From an uncultured Candidatus Saccharibacteria bacterium (GTDB lineage: Bacteria; Patescibacteriota; Minisyncoccia; Phycocordibacterales; CSBR16-119), in NCBI GenBank assembly GCA_964531475.1, contig CAZHCS010000002.1:4548-68547 (forward strand): DNA of 64,000 nucleotides, read 5' to 3'. The position numbers and the translations under genes were made by a program. Below are positions 28,653 through 37,845 of this stretch, one piece after another. Each line of letters starts with the position of its first letter. The stretch's first letter is position 1. Under the pieces are notes generated by a model. The model was not told where the DNA came from and did not search any database. It worked only from the letters and a program-made list of their open reading frames with translations.

Positions 28653-30047
28653 CTAAAACATAAGCTCAACACTCTCACCGCTACGCGGTACGACGGCGTT
28701 GACACCCAAGTGATCGCGCAGCTTTTGGGCGAGGAACATCGAGACGTTCGGCTCGCCCATGACGAGGAACGCTTTTTTCAAACTCTCGCGCGTCTTTTCA
28801 ACAAACTGTACCAAGTGAAATGAGTCTTTGTGCCCCGAAAAGCCTTGGATCGTTTCAACTTTTGCTCGCACGTCAATGCGCTCATGGAAAATCATGACAT
28901 CGCGACGTCCTTCTTGGAGCAAGCGCCCAAGCGTACCCGGCGTTTGGTAACCAGTCAGAAGCAGTGTCGCATTCGGGTCGGATAGATAGTTCTTCTCGTG
29001 ATGCAAAATCCTACCGCCAGACGACATGCCTGATCCAGCCATGATTATTTTCGGATTAGGCGCTTTCAAAATAGCGATGGAGTCCTGGGTCTTTTCGGTC
29101 TCAATAAGTCCCGGGAAATTAAAAATGTCATCGCCTGAATTGATCTGCTCGCGTACGGTTTCTTTCAAATACTTCGTGTGCTTCCGAAAGACATCAGTCA
29201 CGCGAATAGCGAGCGGAGAATCAAGGAATATTTTCATGTTCGGCACCTGCTTGCTCTCGACAAAGTTATTTATCTCGTACAAAAATTCCTGCGTGCGCTC
29301 GAGCGAAAATATGGGCACGACGAGTACGCTTTTTTTCTTGTGGGTATCGAGTATAGCCTGCTTTAGCTTATCCTCACGTTCGCTGCGCTCTTCGTGATTG
29401 CGGTCGCCATAGACTGATTCCATGACCAAATACGTTGCGTCGGTCACAGCTTCGGTATCAGCAAGGAGCGGCGATGGCGAATTGCCAAGATCGCCAGTAA
29501 AAACAATCTTTGTCCCGTTGTAAACGATTTCTGCCATAGCCGAACCCAAGACATGCCCCGCGTCTTTAAAGACAACATCGAGCTCACCGCCGAGCGAAAA
29601 CTTTTCGTGATATGAAAATCCTTCCCAAAGTGAAATAGCCTTGTCGATAACACGCTCGGCGTACATTTCATCGAGGCGAAACTCTCGGCCACTATCAGAG
29701 CCTGCCAAAATATTTGCCGTATCGCGCAACATGACAGCCGCCAAATCGCGCGTCGCAGTTGTAGAAATAATGCGGCCCTTGAAACCTTCGTGAACAAGTT
29801 TCGGTATTCGACCAATGTGGTCGGTATGGGCATGAGTCACAATGAGCACATCGACGCTCGCTGGGTCATACGAAAACGGGTGCCAATTCTCGAGCTCGGC
29901 CAAATGCTCTCCTTGGATAAGTCCGCAATCAATTAAGACTTTAAAGCCGCTTTCGGTCTCGATGAGGAAATTCGCGCCCGTCACCCAGCCAGCGCCGCCA
30001 GCAAAAGTCAGCTTTAGCCTCTTTTTTCCATCATTATTTTTTGCCAT
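28653..30047 (-). CDS. MBL-fold metallo-hydrolase with beta-CASP domain (RNase J / RNA-processing-like)
   Basis: VLIVTHAHTDHIGRIPKL (HxHxDH), beta-CASP region; start taken at MAKNNDG (the track ORF extends to 30083). Confidence 0.7.
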   Translation of the reverse strand: MAKNNDGKKRLKLTFAGGAGWVTGANFLIETESGFKVLIDCGLIQGEHLAELENWHPFSYDPASVDVLIVTHAHTDHIGRIPKLVHEGFKGRIISTTATRDLAAVMLRDTANILAGSDSGREFRLDEMYAERVIDKAISLWEGFSYHEKFSLGGELDVVFKDAGHVLGSAMAEIVYNGTKIVFTGDLGNSPSPLLADTEAVTDATYLVMESVYGDRNHEERSEREDKLKQAILDTHKKKSVLVVPIFSLERTQEFLYEINNFVESKQVPNMKIFLDSPLAIRVTDVFRKHTKYLKETVREQINSGDDIFNFPGLIETEKTQDSIAILKAPNPKIIMAGSGMSSGGRILHHEKNYLSDPNATLLLTGYQTPGTLGRLLQEGRRDVMIFHERIDVRAKVETIQGFSGHKDSFHLVQFVEKTRESLKKAFLVMGEPNVSMFLAQKLRDHLGVNAVVPRSGESVELMF

Positions 30048-30447
30048 GATGGTCTTTTGAAAAATAATAACCAAGTGCAACAAAATTTCCCACTAACCCG
30101 CAAAACAGGTCGTTTATTGAATCATTTCTTTCTGCTAAAACATTTCCTATGTCAAAAAAATCTTGCATGGAATATTCCATGACTTCCCATAAAGATGCAG
30201 CCACCAACAACAAAAAACTATTGACCAATATTATCGTCAGAAATCTTTTTTTCCCGCGCCAAAAGGAATATTTTTCGTTAAAAAACCAAATCAAAAAAAG
30301 ACCGCCACAAAAACCGCCAAAGGCGTGCATGAATTGGTCGAAACGGGCAAAACCTTGGTACCAATGAAAATAACTTGCGAGTGCATTCAAAACAAATAAT
30401 GCAAACAAGGAGAAGGCGAATTTTTTGAACAAGTCTCTGCGTGTCAT
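30034..30447 (-). CDS. Hypothetical integral membrane protein
   Basis: 137 aa with 4 predicted TM helices. Confidence 0.45.
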   Translation of the reverse strand: MTRRDLFKKFAFSLFALFVLNALASYFHWYQGFARFDQFMHAFGGFCGGLFLIWFFNEKYSFWRGKKRFLTIILVNSFLLLVAASLWEVMEYSMQDFFDIGNVLAERNDSINDLFCGLVGNFVALGYYFSKDHHGKK

Positions 30448-30470
30448 GATGGAATAATTGTATCATACCA

Positions 30471-30545
30471 CCACACCTACTTTTTCATTGCGCCAAAAGG
30501 CGCCGGACATTGCCCATAAAAAAGTAGGTGTGGGGGCACACCCTC
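30471..30545. repeat. Palindromic repeat element, copy 2
   Basis: cacacctactttttcat-tgcgccaaaaggcgcc...-ataaaaaagtaggtgtgg. Confidence 0.7.
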
Positions 30546-30696
30546 GACAAGCTCGGGATAAAGAAAAACCCTCGAGGGAGGGTTTTTCTTTACGGCTATC
30601 CATATTATCCTAGCTTTTTGAAAAAAGTGGGTGCGATGCGGCCTAGACCACGGCCCAGGCCGACGGCTCGCTCCCCTAGGACTCATGTTCTAGATA

Positions 30697-31212
30697 ATGT
30701 GGGATAACCGTGCTTTTATTCTAGCAAATTTTCCAGTAACGCAAGACTCGACAAACTCGTTCTTGAAAAGTATAATCCATCGAAACACTGCACATACCAT
30801 GAACTACGAAGAAGGCGTCATCTACCTGTACGCTATCGCATTTACGGGGGCAGTCCTCATGCTAATAAAAGGACTTGAGTTCTCGATATCAAACGATAAA
30901 CGCACGTCGTGGACTGAACTCTGGCTGCTAACTGTAGCATACCTCTGCTCCGCCGGTTTTTTCTGGACCAGCATCATAGGCGCCATCATTTCCCTAGTAG
31001 TTGGCCTCATGGGAGGAAAACGATTTGACATCTTTTCCGCCGTACTGGCTCTGATAGCGCTTGTCTTGAATTTCACTATGTTCGGAGCCTCTTGGAACAC
31101 AGAAGGCTGGAACGGCCTCGTCGCCGGGCCCGGCTTCGGACTTGCAGTGATCGGAGGCTTCGTCCTTCTCTTTGGGGCCTACAAAAGAACGAAGGCTCGC
31201 ACGGCCACATAG
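30697..31212 (+). CDS. Hypothetical membrane protein (likely true start at MNYEEG, about 30799)
   Basis: 3-4 TM helices; no family assigned. Confidence 0.4.
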   Translation: MWDNRAFILANFPVTQDSTNSFLKSIIHRNTAHTMNYEEGVIYLYAIAFTGAVLMLIKGLEFSISNDKRTSWTELWLLTVAYLCSAGFFWTSIIGAIISLVVGLMGGKRFDIFSAVLALIALVLNFTMFGASWNTEGWNGLVAGPGFGLAVIGGFVLLFGAYKRTKARTAT

Positions 31213-31215
31213 CAT

Positions 31216-31248
31216 AACGCCCCGACAAGTCGGGGCGTTCGCTTTTCA
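31216..31248 (+). terminator. Rho-independent terminator
   Basis: aacgccccgac-aa-gtcggggcgtt followed by cgcttttc. Confidence 0.6.
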
Positions 31249-31257
31249 ACTATACTA

Positions 31258-31740
31258 TTATGCTGGATAGCTATCTTTGTAGACGTATTCCTGATCAATC
31301 TTTGTGTATGAGAATAGTTCGTCTTCGCCAAAGAAGCGGTTGACTTCGTCTATACCATTTTCAACCGAATCCGACGCATGGACGCAGTTCGACTGGATAC
31401 TCATGGCAAGGTCTCCGCGAATAGTGCCGCCAGGAGCCTCATATGCTTTCGTTGGGCCGACAATGATGCGCACGGCATTGACCGCGCCAATTCCCGAGAG
31501 AGCCATGACGACAACCGGAGCCGATTTCATGAAGTCCTTGATGCCGGCAAAGAACGGCTTATCTTTGATGTGTTTGTAATGGTCTTCGAGTAAGACGTCT
31601 TCGAGCGTGAGCATCTTCAAGCCGTTGATTTTAAGGCCCTTCTTCTCGAAGCGGCTAATAATCTCGCCGACCAAATTGCGCTGGACCGCGTCCGGCTTCA
31701 TGATAATCAAGACTTTCTCGTTTTTCGGGTGAGTGTTCAT
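31258..31740 (-). CDS. ndk: Nucleoside diphosphate kinase
   Basis: KPDAVQRNLVGEIISRFEKKGLKI...NCVHASDS (active-site His). Confidence 0.9.
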   Translation of the reverse strand: MNTHPKNEKVLIIMKPDAVQRNLVGEIISRFEKKGLKINGLKMLTLEDVLLEDHYKHIKDKPFFAGIKDFMKSAPVVVMALSGIGAVNAVRIIVGPTKAYEAPGGTIRGDLAMSIQSNCVHASDSVENGIDEVNRFFGEDELFSYTKIDQEYVYKDSYPA

Positions 31741-31907
31741 AATAGTTTTTAGATTTTAATAGACGTATATTAGCATTCTGTGCCTCAAAATCAAATTAGT
31801 TTATCTCTTACTTTTGTCTTGAAACAAAAGCTCAAGACTCTGGAGAAAACGCCCACTCCTGACAAAGCGGGTGTCAATGTACCCCCCCTCCAACCAGACG
31901 AAGCAGA

Positions 31908-31987
31908 CCGGGCAAAATTCGAATCCCGAGGACCTAGTGCGAGGCGAAGCCAAAGACACGCTCCCGCAGGGTGAGAATTTTGCCCGG
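31908..31987 (-). promoter_or_regulatory. Conserved-core element X within a 13-bp terminator-like stem, 12 nt downstream of the 31999 stop and upstream of ndk
   Basis: ccgggcaaaattc-[GAATCCCGAGGACCTAG...CCCGCAGGGTGAGAA]-ttttgcccgg; core shared with 37491-37558. Confidence 0.5.
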
Positions 31988-31998
31988 ACTGCGAAGCA

Positions 31999-34734
31999 CT
32001 ATATCTTCATAAACTTATCCATCACCTCTTTCTCCACCTCATCGCGTGGCCTTCCATATTTCAAGAAAGAAAGTTCCTTGAGCGATTCGACAATGTCGGG
32101 ATTGCCAGCTGGAAGGTCCGGCGTACGGATGTTGAAAGGCTTGGCCGGAACGCCGTTCATAAGCATGCTGACATACGCGTTTCGGTTATCGAGTTTCAAA
32201 ATATCCTGCGTCGTAAAGACTGGCTCGAGACGTTTTACCAGGACTTCAGCATCTTCGGAAGAGATGCGAAATACCGCCATCGAGCCGACGTTCCCCAAGA
32301 CAGCGTTACGGATATCATCCGAGAGCTGCGAGAGGTATTGGTGTGCGACGTTCAAGCCGAGCTTGTATTTGCGCGCTTCGGAGAGGATGGACGAAATCGA
32401 CGGCGTCGTGAAGTTTTGGAATTCGTCTATGTAGAGATAGAACGGTGGGAAATCTACGCCGTGACTGTCGGCACGCGAGAGCGCGGCCATCTGAATCTTG
32501 CCGACTAGGATTAGGCCGAGCAAGTTGGCATTTATGTCGCCAAGCCTTCCCTTCGAAAGATTTACGAGCAAGATTTTTTTCTTGTCGAGGATTTCGCGGA
32601 AGTTGAAGCTCGATTTTTCCTGCGCAATGATCGGCCGCATGATTTCGTTCGAGATAAAGGTGTCGAATTTTGACGTGATGTACGGCACAAAGTTCTCGAG
32701 GCCTTGCTCGCCTGTCGTCGCCTCGGCCGTCTTCCAGAATTGCTTGATGATCGGATTTGTACAGCGTTCGAGTTTCATATCGCGGAATTTTTTATCAGAG
32801 AGAACACGTCCGATTTCTAGAATCGTATTGCCAGAGGCTGGGTCAGACATAACTAGTCCGGCGGAATTTTTGAAATATTGCTCAAAGAGCGGACCGCCGG
32901 CTGTTTTCATGTCAAAGAGCTGACTAAAGATACCGAGGAGTTCGTTGATGACAAGCGTCTTTTGTTCCGGACGCTCTGGATCAAATTCGAGCATGTTGAG
33001 CCCCATCGGACGCGCCGTCGATGCCGGGTCAAAATATATGACGTCGTCGATGCGCTCTTTCGGTATGTAAGAAAGAATCTTCTGAATATCAGAACCGTGC
33101 GGATCGATGTAGCAAACACCGTCGCCGCGCTCGATGTCTTGGCGTATCATGTTCATGAGAATACCTGTCTTACCGGTACCAGTCTGACCAATGACATAGA
33201 AATGCCGCATGCGGTCTATTTCGGACAAGAAAATATCCGTTTCGGTTCCGCGATAACTGTTTATACCAATACGCACACCCGAAGAACCGATATCAAGAGG
33301 AGCCGGCGCGACGCCTGATTTGCCTTCGCGAAGCTCTGGAGAACCTGTCGCGCCGGCCGGAAAATGCACAAGAGTTGCAAGCTCACGCAAGTTGAGCGGC
33401 AACGCCGTCTCGGCTGGCAAACGAAATGTAAACGAGTGCAGCAAACGGTCGATTTCGCGCTCCCCTGCTCGATTCCAGACCAAAGCATTACCGTTCGGCC
33501 GAGCAAACTGCGAGAACGCCGATTCGATATCGTTCATGATCTCGCGTGTACGTTCGGCGCGCGGCGAAGATGCCACGATGCGGATGTTTGCAACAACAAT
33601 ACTAGACTTGATCTTTTCCCCGATCTCACCAACCACGACGTCATCGATATGCTTTTCCTCGGCGGGCTTGTCTTTTGGTTTTGAAGAAAAAATGCTCGAA
33701 GCAAACGCCTTTAATTCTTTTTTAGTCTCGTAGTAGTCATCGAGTGCGTTCTTGAGCGAAGTGCCTTTTTTAACTTTCTCGAGCGTCTTGGAAAACTTGT
33801 CTACATACTTCATGCCAGCCGGCATGATGAGGAATTGAATAGCTGCGCCTTCGCGAGTCTTGTCGAGTTTACCAAGAGCCGCAAGAAGAGCTTGGAGCGG
33901 ATCATGATCAAATGCTTCGTAAGTCAAGAGTGGAAAAACGTCGTCTTTTGCAAATGATGCCGTTGCCCCGCCTACCGTACCGCCTGGAATAAACACATTG
34001 TAGTCGTCGGAGACTTGGCGGACTTTCGCCCCGTGATAAAACGCGAGCACCTGCTTTTCGAGCAATGTGCGACGTTCTGTCGGGACGGAAACGTAAAAAA
34101 CAATTTCTGGGCTGTCGTGCGAAACGGCAAGTTCGAGAGTAAAATATTGCTTGTAAGGGTCGTTTGAAACAACACCTATGCTCTGCATGCCGGCAAAAAA
34201 CTGCTCCATACCAGAGAGAAGCTCCTTGAGGCTTTTCTGTTTGCCATCGGCTGACGACTCGGGCGGGAGCGTAATCTCAAAGAGCGACAAGTGAAGCGAC
34301 TGCCATTCTGGGTTGCGTTCGGAAAGCCCCGGCACCGAACCAGAGGCATGCAAAAACTGTACGAGGAAACGGTGGAAATCGTCTTCGATATGCGGATTTT
34401 TCATTCGAGCAATGACATCGAGAGTGTTCTTGATGCCGCGCTCCAAAAGCATGCCGTATAGTTCTTCTATAGCACTGTCATGCTCTTCGGGCCGCAACGC
34501 AAGTGTCATGGCTTCGGTTTCAGATGGTGTCGCGCGATATGATTCGTGCAAGACATCTTTGGTATCGGCTTTTTTGTAGGCAGAAATTGTCTCGTGCGTC
34601 ACCTCCGCGCGCGAACGTTCGAGCCCGCGCTCGGCGTTCGCACGCTCCTGCTCGGCCACGCGTTCGCGCAAATACACAAGCTCCTCTTCCGGAGATTTGA
34701 ATTGCGTCGTTTCCCTGCCAATACCGCCTTCCAT
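31999..34734 (-). CDS. Large P-loop ATPase, TraG/VirD4/HerA-like (DUF87-type) with an approximately 500-aa unassigned N-terminal region
   Basis: Walker A FYVIGQTGTGKTGILMN; Walker B FYLYIDEFQNF; C-terminal EARKYKLGLNVAHQYLSQLSDDIRNAVLGNVGSMAVFRISSEDAEVL resembles coupling-protein C-termini. Confidence 0.55.
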   Translation of the reverse strand: MEGGIGRETTQFKSPEEELVYLRERVAEQERANAERGLERSRAEVTHETISAYKKADTKDVLHESYRATPSETEAMTLALRPEEHDSAIEELYGMLLERGIKNTLDVIARMKNPHIEDDFHRFLVQFLHASGSVPGLSERNPEWQSLHLSLFEITLPPESSADGKQKSLKELLSGMEQFFAGMQSIGVVSNDPYKQYFTLELAVSHDSPEIVFYVSVPTERRTLLEKQVLAFYHGAKVRQVSDDYNVFIPGGTVGGATASFAKDDVFPLLTYEAFDHDPLQALLAALGKLDKTREGAAIQFLIMPAGMKYVDKFSKTLEKVKKGTSLKNALDDYYETKKELKAFASSIFSSKPKDKPAEEKHIDDVVVGEIGEKIKSSIVVANIRIVASSPRAERTREIMNDIESAFSQFARPNGNALVWNRAGEREIDRLLHSFTFRLPAETALPLNLRELATLVHFPAGATGSPELREGKSGVAPAPLDIGSSGVRIGINSYRGTETDIFLSEIDRMRHFYVIGQTGTGKTGILMNMIRQDIERGDGVCYIDPHGSDIQKILSYIPKERIDDVIYFDPASTARPMGLNMLEFDPERPEQKTLVINELLGIFSQLFDMKTAGGPLFEQYFKNSAGLVMSDPASGNTILEIGRVLSDKKFRDMKLERCTNPIIKQFWKTAEATTGEQGLENFVPYITSKFDTFISNEIMRPIIAQEKSSFNFREILDKKKILLVNLSKGRLGDINANLLGLILVGKIQMAALSRADSHGVDFPPFYLYIDEFQNFTTPSISSILSEARKYKLGLNVAHQYLSQLSDDIRNAVLGNVGSMAVFRISSEDAEVLVKRLEPVFTTQDILKLDNRNAYVSMLMNGVPAKPFNIRTPDLPAGNPDIVESLKELSFLKYGRPRDEVEKEVMDKFMKI

Positions 34735-34803
34735 ATGAAGAAATTATAGCATGCAAACAAAAGCAAAGAGCCTGACAAGTCAGGCTCTTTGGTCACCTCA
34801 TGG

Positions 34804-35265
34804 CTAGGCATTTTCAAGCTGCCTGATGAATTCGACGGTTTGCACCCCTTTAGCGCACTCGAAGCAGATCCACCCAGGGCTTTGGGCCTTGACCTGCTCT
34901 TCACGATTCGCCTGAGCGCGAGCAATGTCGTCCATTGTTCTTCCTTCTTGCGGCAAGTTCAATCCCGTCGGAAAATCATACGTCAGATTCGAAATGAGAT
35001 CGAACGTATCGGCGTCGATCTGATCGCGCCCCTCAATTCCTTCTGGTGTATGCGACCTTCCTACCTCCTGCTTTTGATCAGGTATGATCTTGACCAGGGT
35101 CCCGACCCCTTCGCAATGTGGGCACGAGACACCCTCGAGATGGTGCAAGCTGTATTTGGCCAGCCGGTTCTTAGCGTTGGGGGGGCCGGCAGTTCCGGTT
35201 AGCTTAAAATCGAGTCCGCGGATCAGGAATTTCAGCCCTTGCACGACGTCTTTCATGTTCGCCAT
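34804..35265 (-). CDS. Hypothetical zinc-ribbon protein
   Basis: CPHCEG ... CFECAKG cysteine pairs. Confidence 0.4.
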   Translation of the reverse strand: MANMKDVVQGLKFLIRGLDFKLTGTAGPPNAKNRLAKYSLHHLEGVSCPHCEGVGTLVKIIPDQKQEVGRSHTPEGIEGRDQIDADTFDLISNLTYDFPTGLNLPQEGRTMDDIARAQANREEQVKAQSPGWICFECAKGVQTVEFIRQLENA

Positions 35266-35316
35266 GGTTGATGGTTTTAAGGTTCGAAGTTTGTGTCGAG
35301 GCGAGTATACCTATTT

Positions 35317-35354
35317 CCCCCGCAAAAGCAAAGAGCCAGCGGGAGCTGGCTCTT
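35317..35354 (-). terminator. Rho-independent terminator, probably for the 35534..36034 gene
   Basis: gagccagc-tccc-gctggctc followed on the minus strand by TTTGCTTTTGC. Confidence 0.5.
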
Positions 35355-35533
35355 CAGTTTGCGCAGGTCGTTCTTCAAGCGATGACGGACCAAACGGCGC
35401 TCCAAGGACTTGGATTTGCGCAGTTTTTTCTTCATCCCGAAGAACTTATTGCAGCATCCGCATTTCGGACCCTCGGGTCCGTGCTGAACACTGTAGTGAT
35501 CGTAAATCCGACCGAAACCGATGTGCATGGTAG

Positions 35534-36034
35534 TTAGAGTTTGTTTTGTACTTTCAGGAGATTCAGTGCATGCTGGTCCGATTCGCTCATGGGCAAATTT
35601 CTCGCTTCTTTGTAGGTGAACCAACCATAGCCAACCAGATTAGGCTGATTCAGAACCACAACACCATCAGAAGTAGTCTCCCAATGGCCAAGATGGTAGT
35701 GCTGTTCAAACCGACATCCTTTCGCCCGGTCCGGCTCCACAATCGGCTCGAATTCACCAGTCGGGCTTTTTAGAAACGCTTGAGGCCAATCACACGTAAC
35801 TGACGTTTGAACATAAATGTCATTCACTTGATGAATGAAATCATCTTCGCCGCTCCAATAGCTTACCTGCGGCATATGCCAGAGACAGCTCCCTTTTTCA
35901 TCAGTAGATGACTGCAGGAGTAGAATCGTTGACTGTGCATCTTTTTTCCTAACTCTGGCAACTTCACCAAAACCAGGATTCGAGCAATGGTCGGAGAGAA
36001 TGGCAAAATTAGCCATGACCCGGATGTTTTTCAT
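35534..36034 (-). CDS. Hypothetical protein
   Basis: 166-aa ORF; no recognisable motif. Confidence 0.4.
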   Translation of the reverse strand: MKNIRVMANFAILSDHCSNPGFGEVARVRKKDAQSTILLLQSSTDEKGSCLWHMPQVSYWSGEDDFIHQVNDIYVQTSVTCDWPQAFLKSPTGEFEPIVEPDRAKGCRFEQHYHLGHWETTSDGVVVLNQPNLVGYGWFTYKEARNLPMSESDQHALNLLKVQNKL

Positions 36035-36068
36035 GGTACGTAGTTTTTCTGTATACTACGCAAATATA

Positions 36069-36836
36069 CTATTTTGTCAATACCACCGGCCCGTTCTCCG
36101 TAATCGCCACCGTATGTTCAAAATGAGCCGAGAGTGAGCCGTCATCGGTGACGTAAGTGTATTCGTCTTCGGTCACGCAAACTTCTTCGGAACCAAGGTT
36201 TAGCATCGGCTCGATTGCAATAACCATACCCGGCACGAGTCGCTCGCCAGTATTTGGCTTGCCATAGTTTGGGACGTAGGGATCTTCATGGACATCGTAG
36301 CCAACACCGTGACCAGAGAGGATTTTAACAATACCGTAACCGAGCGGCCCGACAAAGCTCTCGATAGCGTGGCCGATATCGCCGACACGGTTACCCGGTT
36401 GGGCGGCCGCGACCGCACGCTCAAGCGCTTCGCGCGTCGTATCTATGAGCGCGGCCGCCTCGTCGGACACTTTGCCACACGGCACGGTAATAGCACTATC
36501 GGTAATAAAACCCTTGTGACGCAATCCTAGGTCAAGCGACACAATATCGCCATCTTGAAGAACAATCTCGTCGAGTGGAATACCGTGTACAACTTCGTCG
36601 TTAACAGAAACGCAAAGCGCCGCCGGATACGGATATGACACGCCTTCGGGTGTGTAACCTAGAAATGCCGCCTCGTCGCCACCCTCGGCGATAAGTTCAC
36701 GAGCACGTTTGTCTAGCGCTGTGGCAGAAGTGCCAGGTACGACAAGTTTGGCCACCTCGCGCAAAATTTCTGCATGACGTGCGCCGCCCTCACGCATAAT
36801 AGCTATTTCAGCTTCTGTTTTTAAACGGATGGTCAT
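36069..36836 (-). CDS. map: Methionine aminopeptidase, type I
   Basis: DGDIVSLDLG...ILSGHGVGYDVHEDPYVPNYG...AIEPML...FEHTVAIT. Confidence 0.9.
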   Translation of the reverse strand: MTIRLKTEAEIAIMREGGARHAEILREVAKLVVPGTSATALDKRARELIAEGGDEAAFLGYTPEGVSYPYPAALCVSVNDEVVHGIPLDEIVLQDGDIVSLDLGLRHKGFITDSAITVPCGKVSDEAAALIDTTREALERAVAAAQPGNRVGDIGHAIESFVGPLGYGIVKILSGHGVGYDVHEDPYVPNYGKPNTGERLVPGMVIAIEPMLNLGSEEVCVTEDEYTYVTDDGSLSAHFEHTVAITENGPVVLTK

Positions 36837-37423
36837 GCGCCAAAAGACGTCTTAGAAATAATCTCGTTAGCTACTTCTTCGATTGTTTGTTCGCCATTTA
36901 TTTCAATAAAACGATAGTCTCTGTTGTTGCGATACCATTCGACTGCCGGCATGACATCTCGATCAAACCAAGAAAGACGTTTTTCTACTTCGCCGGCACT
37001 TTTATCGTCAGCTCGAGCACGCTCGCCAAGTCGTGCGCGCGACCATTCGTTCGATACGTTCATATAAACAATGAACGGCTTTTCGCGCTTGTAAAAACGC
37101 ATGGCAGTATCTAGCATGACCGCTTCGTCCTTCGAACGTGGTGTGCCGTCGATAACTATATGCTGGCGCCCATTGAAGCTTTCAATAAGAAGATGCGACC
37201 AAATATGCGCTGCCAAAAAGTCAGGCTGTCGCTCTCCTGTTTTCATGATCTCGTACGCAAGTCCGGCCGTATAGTTTGGCTCTTTGACGAAGTTGCGGAA
37301 CTTTTGACCGGTTTCCAGATAAAATATATCCGTGTCGCTCGCAGCACGCAGGCGCTCCATAAGAAGCGCCGCTTGGGTGCCTTTGCCGCAGCCAGACCGG
37401 CCAATGAAGATAAAGGTTTGCAT
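36833..37423 (-). CDS. adk: Adenylate kinase
   Basis: FIFIGRSGCGKGTQAALL P-loop; sits in the secY-adk-map-like context. Confidence 0.8.
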   Translation of the reverse strand: MQTFIFIGRSGCGKGTQAALLMERLRAASDTDIFYLETGQKFRNFVKEPNYTAGLAYEIMKTGERQPDFLAAHIWSHLLIESFNGRQHIVIDGTPRSKDEAVMLDTAMRFYKREKPFIVYMNVSNEWSRARLGERARADDKSAGEVEKRLSWFDRDVMPAVEWYRNNRDYRFIEINGEQTIEEVANEIISKTSFGA

Positions 37424-37490
37424 GAGATTAGTATACAGTATTTAGTATACGGTATACAGTATGGGTTTTACGTTCCGACTCAGCGTAGCA

Positions 37491-37558
37491 AAAATGCCGA
37501 TTTTCGAATCCCGAGGACCTAGCATAGCGATCCCGCAGGGTGAGAAAATCGGCATTTT
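37491..37558 (-). promoter_or_regulatory. Conserved-core element Y within a 15-bp terminator-like stem plus U-run, 12 nt downstream of the rpsR stop and 67 nt upstream of adk
   Basis: aaaatgccgattttc-[GAATCCCGAGGACCTAG..CCCGCAGGGTGAGAA]-aatcggcatttt. Confidence 0.5.
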
Positions 37559-37569
37559 GCGAAGCCTCT

Positions 37570-37767
37570 TTACTCTGCGACGAACGGCAAGAGTGCCATT
37601 AATCGCGCCCTTTTGACCGCGAGCGCCACTTTCTTCTGATTCTTTGAAGAGAGCTTTGTCTTTCGCTTGTTCATAATGCGGCCAGAAGCGTCCAAAAACT
37701 GCTTCAAGATTGCCGTGTCTTTGTAGTCAACGTGCTTTATATTGTTTGATGTGTAGTAATCGTTCAT
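37570..37767 (-). CDS. rpsR: 30S ribosomal protein S18
   Basis: 65 aa; ...DYKDTAILKQFLDASGRIMNKRKTKLSSKNQKKVALAVKRARLMALLPF. Confidence 0.85.
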   Translation of the reverse strand: MNDYYTSNNIKHVDYKDTAILKQFLDASGRIMNKRKTKLSSKNQKKVALAVKRARLMALLPFVAE

Positions 37768-37845
37768 TTTTATAGTTATTAGTGTCTAGTGAATAGTGGC
37801 TAGTGCTTCACTTCTAATCACTAGAAGTTAGTCACTAGTCACTCA

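Noticed and set aside
31908-31925. TTCGAATCC (tRNA T-loop-like) sequences in elements X and Y suggesting tRNA genes
   Set aside because: Flanking bases cannot form a T-stem or an acceptor stem in the right register. The motif sits at the 5' rather than 3' side of the putative structure. No cloverleaf can be drawn.
35277-35528. 83-aa Cys-containing, very basic ORF (MHIGFG...CGCCNKFF...CFCGG...) between the 35534 gene and the zinc-ribbon gene
   Set aside because: A convincing intrinsic terminator (gagccagc-tccc-gctggctc plus TTTGCTTTTGC) lies inside the ORF at 35332-35353, 40 nt before its stop. It is more likely 3' UTR plus terminator of the upstream gene than a real CDS.
37781-37845. 13-mer CTAGTGAATAGTG shared between the rpsR-ssb intergenic region and a site inside ileS (about 47379-47405)
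   Set aside because: A 13-nt exact match is expected dozens of times by chance in a 64-kb window. The ileS copy is ordinary coding sequence (LEASHYSLATH). The intergenic copy is retained only as a local imperfect palindrome.
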